A stretch of DNA of 51,863 bases from assembly GCA_040768135.1 (NCBI GenBank), contig JAXGNF010000008.1:1-51863 (forward strand), written 5' to 3'. Source of the DNA: Thermoleophilia bacterium. GTDB lineage: Bacteria; Actinomycetota; Thermoleophilia; RBG-16-64-13. Positions 47,665 to 51,863 of this stretch are shown piece by piece (position 1 is the first letter of the stretch; every line of letters begins with the position of its first letter). The notes beneath the pieces were generated by a model that worked only from the letters and a program-made list of their open reading frames with translations, had not been told where the DNA came from and did not search any database. The position numbers were made by a program, and so were the translations under genes.

Positions 47665-47921
47665 AAGACCGGCAACTGAGCCGTCTCCGCCGCCCTTACC
47701 GCCCCTCTGGTCGGGTCCTCTTGCCACTCATGCGGTGGGCCCCCTGCTGCCTCTCCGGTCGGCGTGTCGCCGCTCCACCCGATCGGGCTGTGGTCTTACT
47801 ACGCGTGCTGACATCGTTCTGTCGGCTACTTCTCATGTATGTCGAAGTACGTCAAAGTCGATGTCATTAGACACGTAGCTTTCGCATCTTATCCTTCACG
47901 TTCATTTCGCACGCTCTTCTC

Positions 47922-47949
47922 TCAACCCATAGGCACACCATGCCGATAG
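47922..47949 (+). promoter_or_regulatory. Putative sigma28/WhiG-type promoter
   Basis: TCAA-N16-GCCGATAG upstream of the ORF at 48025. Confidence 0.5.
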
Positions 47950-48024
47950 AGGGGTTATTGCTTGCTGAACAAGAGTCACCCGCGATCAGGTGCTGATCGT
48001 GTGCGTCAGAAAGTGAGGGCTATC

Positions 48025-48267
48025 ATGGCCAAAACTAAGGGATTCGAACTGGTTCCCCGGCGTGTTCCTCTACGTCAACGTTCAAGCTTCTACAAACAGA
48101 TACTCACAGAGTTCCTTGCGACCGGGGAGGCCAGCGTCCAGATTGCCGGCACCGACCGCAAGCCGGCCACCCTCGTGCAGGGTTTGCGCAAGGTGGTCCA
48201 GTCCGAGGGAGCCAAGGGGGTCAGGGTGGTCCAACGCGCCCAGGACGTCTATTTAACCAGGGGTTGA
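48025..48267 (+). CDS. Small basic hypothetical protein (80 aa)
   Basis: GAGGG RBS; Lys/Arg-rich alpha/beta pattern; followed by a terminator-like palindrome. Confidence 0.7.
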   Translation: MAKTKGFELVPRRVPLRQRSSFYKQILTEFLATGEASVQIAGTDRKPATLVQGLRKVVQSEGAKGVRVVQRAQDVYLTRG

Positions 48268-48352
48268 CCGGCCGCAGCCCCCGCACGCGGGGTCTGGCCG
48301 CATCCGTCGTTCAGCCAAACCAGGCGCCCCGCAGAACGTGCACAGACTATAG

Positions 48353-48386
48353 GCAAGGAGGCCGCCCCTAGGGGCGGCCTCCTTGC
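48353..48386. terminator. Bidirectional terminator-like perfect palindrome between convergent genes
   Basis: GCAAGGAGGCCGCCCC-TA-GGGGCGGCCTCCTTGC followed by GTCTTCT. Confidence 0.8.
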
Positions 48387-48455
48387 GTCTTCTCCGCATA
48401 TTCAGCGCGTGAGCCGGACCCGGGGCCGGGTACGTGACCCCAGCGCGCCTCTCTA

Positions 48456-49085
48456 CTAGCGTTTGTTCCGAGCCATCTCGTTCGTGTTGTCATGGATACG
48501 GAAGAACACGATGAACAGTTCGAGGAGGACTCTGACGTACAACAACATGAGGAAGCCGTAGATCAGGCCGCCGATAAGAAACATGACCCCGGTCCTCGCC
48601 GAAACCATGAAGCCGAAGACGATCCCGGCCAACACCCCCAGTCCGATCACTACGAGAGAGACGATGAACAGGACCTTGATGATGCTGGGAGTGATGAACT
48701 CCCGAAACGAGAAGTCAAAGAGCCGACCGAAGAAGCCCTTCGACGACGAACCATCGTATCGCGGCCCTCCATAACTCGGGGGCGGAGCCCCATACCCCCC
48801 ACCGGCGCCGTACTGCGGGGGTGCCTGCGGGGGAGCACTGTACTGCGGCGCGCTCTGACCCGACGGCACGGCCCCGTACTGGGGCGCTGCATGGGCGGCA
48901 GCCGCTGCTCCGGCCGCAGCCGCACCGGCAGTAGCTGCGCCGGCGGCGCCACCCGGAACGGCCGCGGGTGGCGGCGGAGTCGCTGGGGCAGCGGTGGCCG
49001 GCATACGTGTGCCACACTTCTCGCAGAACTCTCCCGCCGTCTGGACGTTGCCGCAGTTGGCACAGGTCTTTGCAACATCAGCCAT
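48456..49085 (-). CDS. Zinc-ribbon + DUF4282 membrane protein
   Basis: CANCG..CEKCG, Pro/Ala/Gly/Tyr linker, LFDFSF..FITP.IIK and RV.LE..IV.FRI; AAAGGAGG RBS. Confidence 0.85.
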   Translation of the reverse strand: MADVAKTCANCGNVQTAGEFCEKCGTRMPATAAPATPPPPAAVPGGAAGAATAGAAAAGAAAAAHAAPQYGAVPSGQSAPQYSAPPQAPPQYGAGGGYGAPPPSYGGPRYDGSSSKGFFGRLFDFSFREFITPSIIKVLFIVSLVVIGLGVLAGIVFGFMVSARTGVMFLIGGLIYGFLMLLYVRVLLELFIVFFRIHDNTNEMARNKR

Positions 49086-49133
49086 GAAGTGCCCTCCTTT
49101 GTGTCGATCAATGCGGGGTCGGGCAATGTTTAC

Positions 49134-49162
49134 ACGGTACGATGCTCTGGGAACCGTGTCAA
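49134..49162 (-). promoter_or_regulatory. Housekeeping sigma70-type promoter for the DUF4282 gene
   Basis: Minus strand TTGACA-N17-TACCGT. Confidence 0.6.
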
Positions 49163-49242
49163 TAACCCGGTGCCAAGAACACCGGCCACGAAAGGGTCGG
49201 AGGCACCTTGTTACGTCCCGGCGGAATTGCCCTCCCCACGGC

Positions 49243-49270
49243 TTGATGCATTCCGTAGGGCTGCCGATAG
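49243..49270 (+). promoter_or_regulatory. Putative sigma28/WhiG-type promoter
   Basis: TTGA-N16-GCCGATAG upstream of the CapD-like gene. Confidence 0.45.
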
Positions 49271-49358
49271 TATATGCACAGTGCGTTGAGTTGAGTTTAG
49301 TAGTACGATAGATTTCTACCGTCCCACTACAGCCGTCTCAGTGGGACAAGAGGTGTGA

Positions 49359-51311
49359 ATGGGTACGAAACTCCTGATCCGGCCGAATCGAAGCCACGTA
49401 TTGGCGGTGACCGTGGATGCAACCATTGTCGCCGTCATGTACTACATCGTGCTCAACTTCCGCTATGCGGGAGGCATCAGAGACCTCCGCTCATGGACCG
49501 TCGAGTTCGCCGTGTTTGCCGCGGCTGCTGTGATAGTGCACATCACCGTCGGCTGGTTCACCGGGGTCTACAGCATAGTCAGCCGCTACATGAGCTTAAC
49601 GCAGGCGGTGCGCCTTGGTCAGGCCGGTCTCGTCTCTGTAGCCATTCTGTTCGTACTGGTGCTGATCTGGCCTCTGGTGCCCGGCACCTCAGGCTACCTG
49701 GTCCCCCGCACCGTCGTACTCGGCGGCGGCCTTGCCACCATAATCGTCATGATCGCCGCCCGTTTTTCCTGGCGCATCTATTTCGAGACGCTCTCGCGAC
49801 CGGACAAACCGACGGAGCGGTTACTCCTCGTGGGCGCAGGTCAGGCGGCCGATATGCTGCTCCGGGAGATCAAGCGTACCCCGTCACTCAATGCCGCCGT
49901 CGCGGGCCTCTTGGACGACAGAAACGACCTGCAGAATATGAGCATCCAGGGGTATCCCGTGCTGGGGCGCGTGTCAGACGCACCTGCCGTGGTCGAGAAA
50001 TGCGATGTCACCCAGATCGTGGTGGCCATCCCCTCGGCAACGGCGGAGGAGATCCTCTCGATCTACAGACAGTGCAAACCCGCCGGAGTCCCCATGAAGG
50101 TGCTTCCCAGCTTGACAGAGCTCGTATCCGGAACAGTCAGCCTACGAGACGCCCGCGATCTAGACATCAAAGACCTACTCGGCCGCCCAGTTATCGAGAC
50201 CGATGTGGGAGCCATCTCTGACTACGTCCAGGGACACACCGTCCTTGTGACGGGAGGCGGGGGCTCGATCGGCTCGGAGTTGTGTCGTCAGATCGCGGAA
50301 TTCAGCCCCAGACGGTTGGTGGTGGTCGATCACGACGAATCGTCGCTCTACGATCTGCACGAACAACTCATGAACAAGGGCTTTCGTCACTATACGCTCT
50401 ACCCTGCCTCTATCCGTCACGAACGCAAGCTGGACAAGATCTTCGCACTGCACCGCCCCCGCCTGGTCTTTCATGCGGCCGCGTACAAGCACGTGCCTCT
50501 TATGGAATTGAGCCCGGACGAAGCGGTGCTTACCAACGTCAAGGGCACCTACATTGTGGCCGAGACCGCAGCCCGTTATGGAGTGGAGCGGTTCGTCAAC
50601 ATCTCCACCGACAAAGCGGTAGAGCCCTGCAACGTGATGGGCGCGACCAAACGGGCCGGCGAACTGATCATGCGCCTGATGGCCGAACGATATCCAGAGA
50701 CCTCGTTTGCCTCCGTCCGCTTCGGCAACGTACTCGGCAGCCAGGGGAGTGTTATCCCTATCTTCCGGAGTCAAATCGAGGCCGGGGGACCGTTGACCAT
50801 CACCCATCCCGACATGACTCGGTACTTCATGTTGATCGAGGAAGCCGTGCAACTGGTCATACAGGCGGCCGTCCTTATGGACGAGAACGGTTCGGGCGGC
50901 GAGGGTTCTGAGCGCGACCTCAATACCTTCCTGCTCGACATGGGTAACCCGGTATCGATCGTCGACTTGGCCCAGAGGCTGATCGATTTCTACTGGAAGG
51001 ACAACGGACGCTCACTGGGCGTGGAGTTCTCGGGACTCCGGCCCGGAGAGAAACTCGAGGAGAGCCTGACTTATCCCTTCGAAGAAGCACAGGACACCAG
51101 CCATCCTCTCGTTAAGCGGGTCGCACTCCGAAGCGGGGTGCGCCCGTACGACGGGCATGGCGCCCATTTTGAGCGACAACTCCGAGGCCTCCTGGAAGTC
51201 GCCGAGACCCACGGTGATCGACGCGTCGTGACCGGTGCGCTTAGAGCGTGCCTGCCCGACTACTGTCCGCTGGACGCCCCGAGACTTGAGAAGTCTGCAG
51301 TTATACCTTAG
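49359..51311 (+). CDS. Polysaccharide biosynthesis nucleoside-diphosphate sugar 4,6-dehydratase (CapD/PglF/WbpM family)
   Basis: 4 N-terminal TM, VGAGQA, DLLGR, TGGGGSIGSELCRQ, HAAAYKHVP, STDKAV, MGATK, RFGNVLGS, RPGEKL.E. Confidence 0.93.
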   Translation: MGTKLLIRPNRSHVLAVTVDATIVAVMYYIVLNFRYAGGIRDLRSWTVEFAVFAAAAVIVHITVGWFTGVYSIVSRYMSLTQAVRLGQAGLVSVAILFVLVLIWPLVPGTSGYLVPRTVVLGGGLATIIVMIAARFSWRIYFETLSRPDKPTERLLLVGAGQAADMLLREIKRTPSLNAAVAGLLDDRNDLQNMSIQGYPVLGRVSDAPAVVEKCDVTQIVVAIPSATAEEILSIYRQCKPAGVPMKVLPSLTELVSGTVSLRDARDLDIKDLLGRPVIETDVGAISDYVQGHTVLVTGGGGSIGSELCRQIAEFSPRRLVVVDHDESSLYDLHEQLMNKGFRHYTLYPASIRHERKLDKIFALHRPRLVFHAAAYKHVPLMELSPDEAVLTNVKGTYIVAETAARYGVERFVNISTDKAVEPCNVMGATKRAGELIMRLMAERYPETSFASVRFGNVLGSQGSVIPIFRSQIEAGGPLTITHPDMTRYFMLIEEAVQLVIQAAVLMDENGSGGEGSERDLNTFLLDMGNPVSIVDLAQRLIDFYWKDNGRSLGVEFSGLRPGEKLEESLTYPFEEAQDTSHPLVKRVALRSGVRPYDGHGAHFERQLRGLLEVAETHGDRRVVTGALRACLPDYCPLDAPRLEKSAVIP

Positions 51312-51407
51312 ACTGTGGGTGAACTTGATTCCGACTGTTTTCGTTTTAGTAGTGGCTTGCACGGGAATGATGCCGGAAACGGCTTATGGTGGTCCAAGGA
51401 GGGGCAC

Positions 51408-51761
51408 ATGAGAAAGAGAATGACGCTTGTGATTTTGGGGTCGATCGTGATCACCCTGCTCCTCACTGCGGCGGCACTAGCCTGGACCCCCCAAGACATC
51501 TACAACGACTTTGCGCAAAACGGCAGGCTCACCCGGGACTATACCGAAGCTGAGTTGAAGGCCTATCTCAACGATGCCACCCTCGCTCAGTATGCCGATA
51601 GCTCAATCAAGGACCCCTTGGACAGCGCAGTACTCGACCTCGTCCAACGGGATGTGTTTCCGTTCACCGGTTTCCAGTTGATGATTGCCGGCATCGTTGT
51701 GGTGGTGTTGATCGGTGGAGGCCTGGCTCTTCGTCGCTTCTCCCGTCCGCAGCGCTCCTGA
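51408..51761 (+). CDS. Small secreted protein with C-terminal FPFTG-TM-basic (sortase-like) sorting signal
   Basis: AAGGAGG RBS; signal peptide ending ALA; FPFTG, then a hydrophobic helix and RRFSRPQRS. Confidence 0.8.
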   Translation: MRKRMTLVILGSIVITLLLTAAALAWTPQDIYNDFAQNGRLTRDYTEAELKAYLNDATLAQYADSSIKDPLDSAVLDLVQRDVFPFTGFQLMIAGIVVVVLIGGGLALRRFSRPQRS

Positions 51762-51863
51762 TCACACTCAGACCCGGAGCCGGTGACAGAGCTTGTCCGT
51801 TGAAGGCAGCAGCATCGCTGAGGACGAGGGCCGCTCCCGCTTCATAAGCATCTGGGTCGGACC

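Noticed and set aside
51594-51601. Third GCCGATAG motif
   Set aside because: Lies inside a coding sequence (Ala-Asp-Ser codons) with no matching -35 at 16-nt spacing.

Overview
A 52-kb, high-GC, gene-dense stretch of bacterial core chromosome. It most likely comes from a deep-branching Actinomycetota (Thermoleophilia/Rubrobacteria-like). That is an inference from the tRNA-Ser-ffs-dnaX-ybaB-recR-ask-asd gene order, frequent leaderless starts and an xPFTG sorting signal. The window holds about 45 protein genes (trxB, an RhlE-type helicase, a P-type ATPase, peptidases, several transporters, dnaX, ybaB, recR, aspartate kinase, asd, a DUF1998 helicase, an amidase, ugd, a CapD-like dehydratase), tRNA-Ser(GGA), a long Alu-domain-type SRP RNA and two decaying tandem GNAT genes. 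No transposase, integrase, prophage or CRISPR array was seen. The most interesting items are: (i) a membrane protein that aligns by eye with eukaryotic CLN6, next to a steroid 5-alpha-reductase homolog; (ii) a HAD phosphatase/AIR-synthase-family fusion; (iii) a candidate dnaX recoding signal (C8 run, palindromic hairpin, early -1 stop); (iv) a DUF1538 x2 + PII-like module; (v) sigma28/WhiG-like promoters and an FPFTG-tailed small protein at a polysaccharide locus. All family assignments come from motif recognition by eye; no searches were run.
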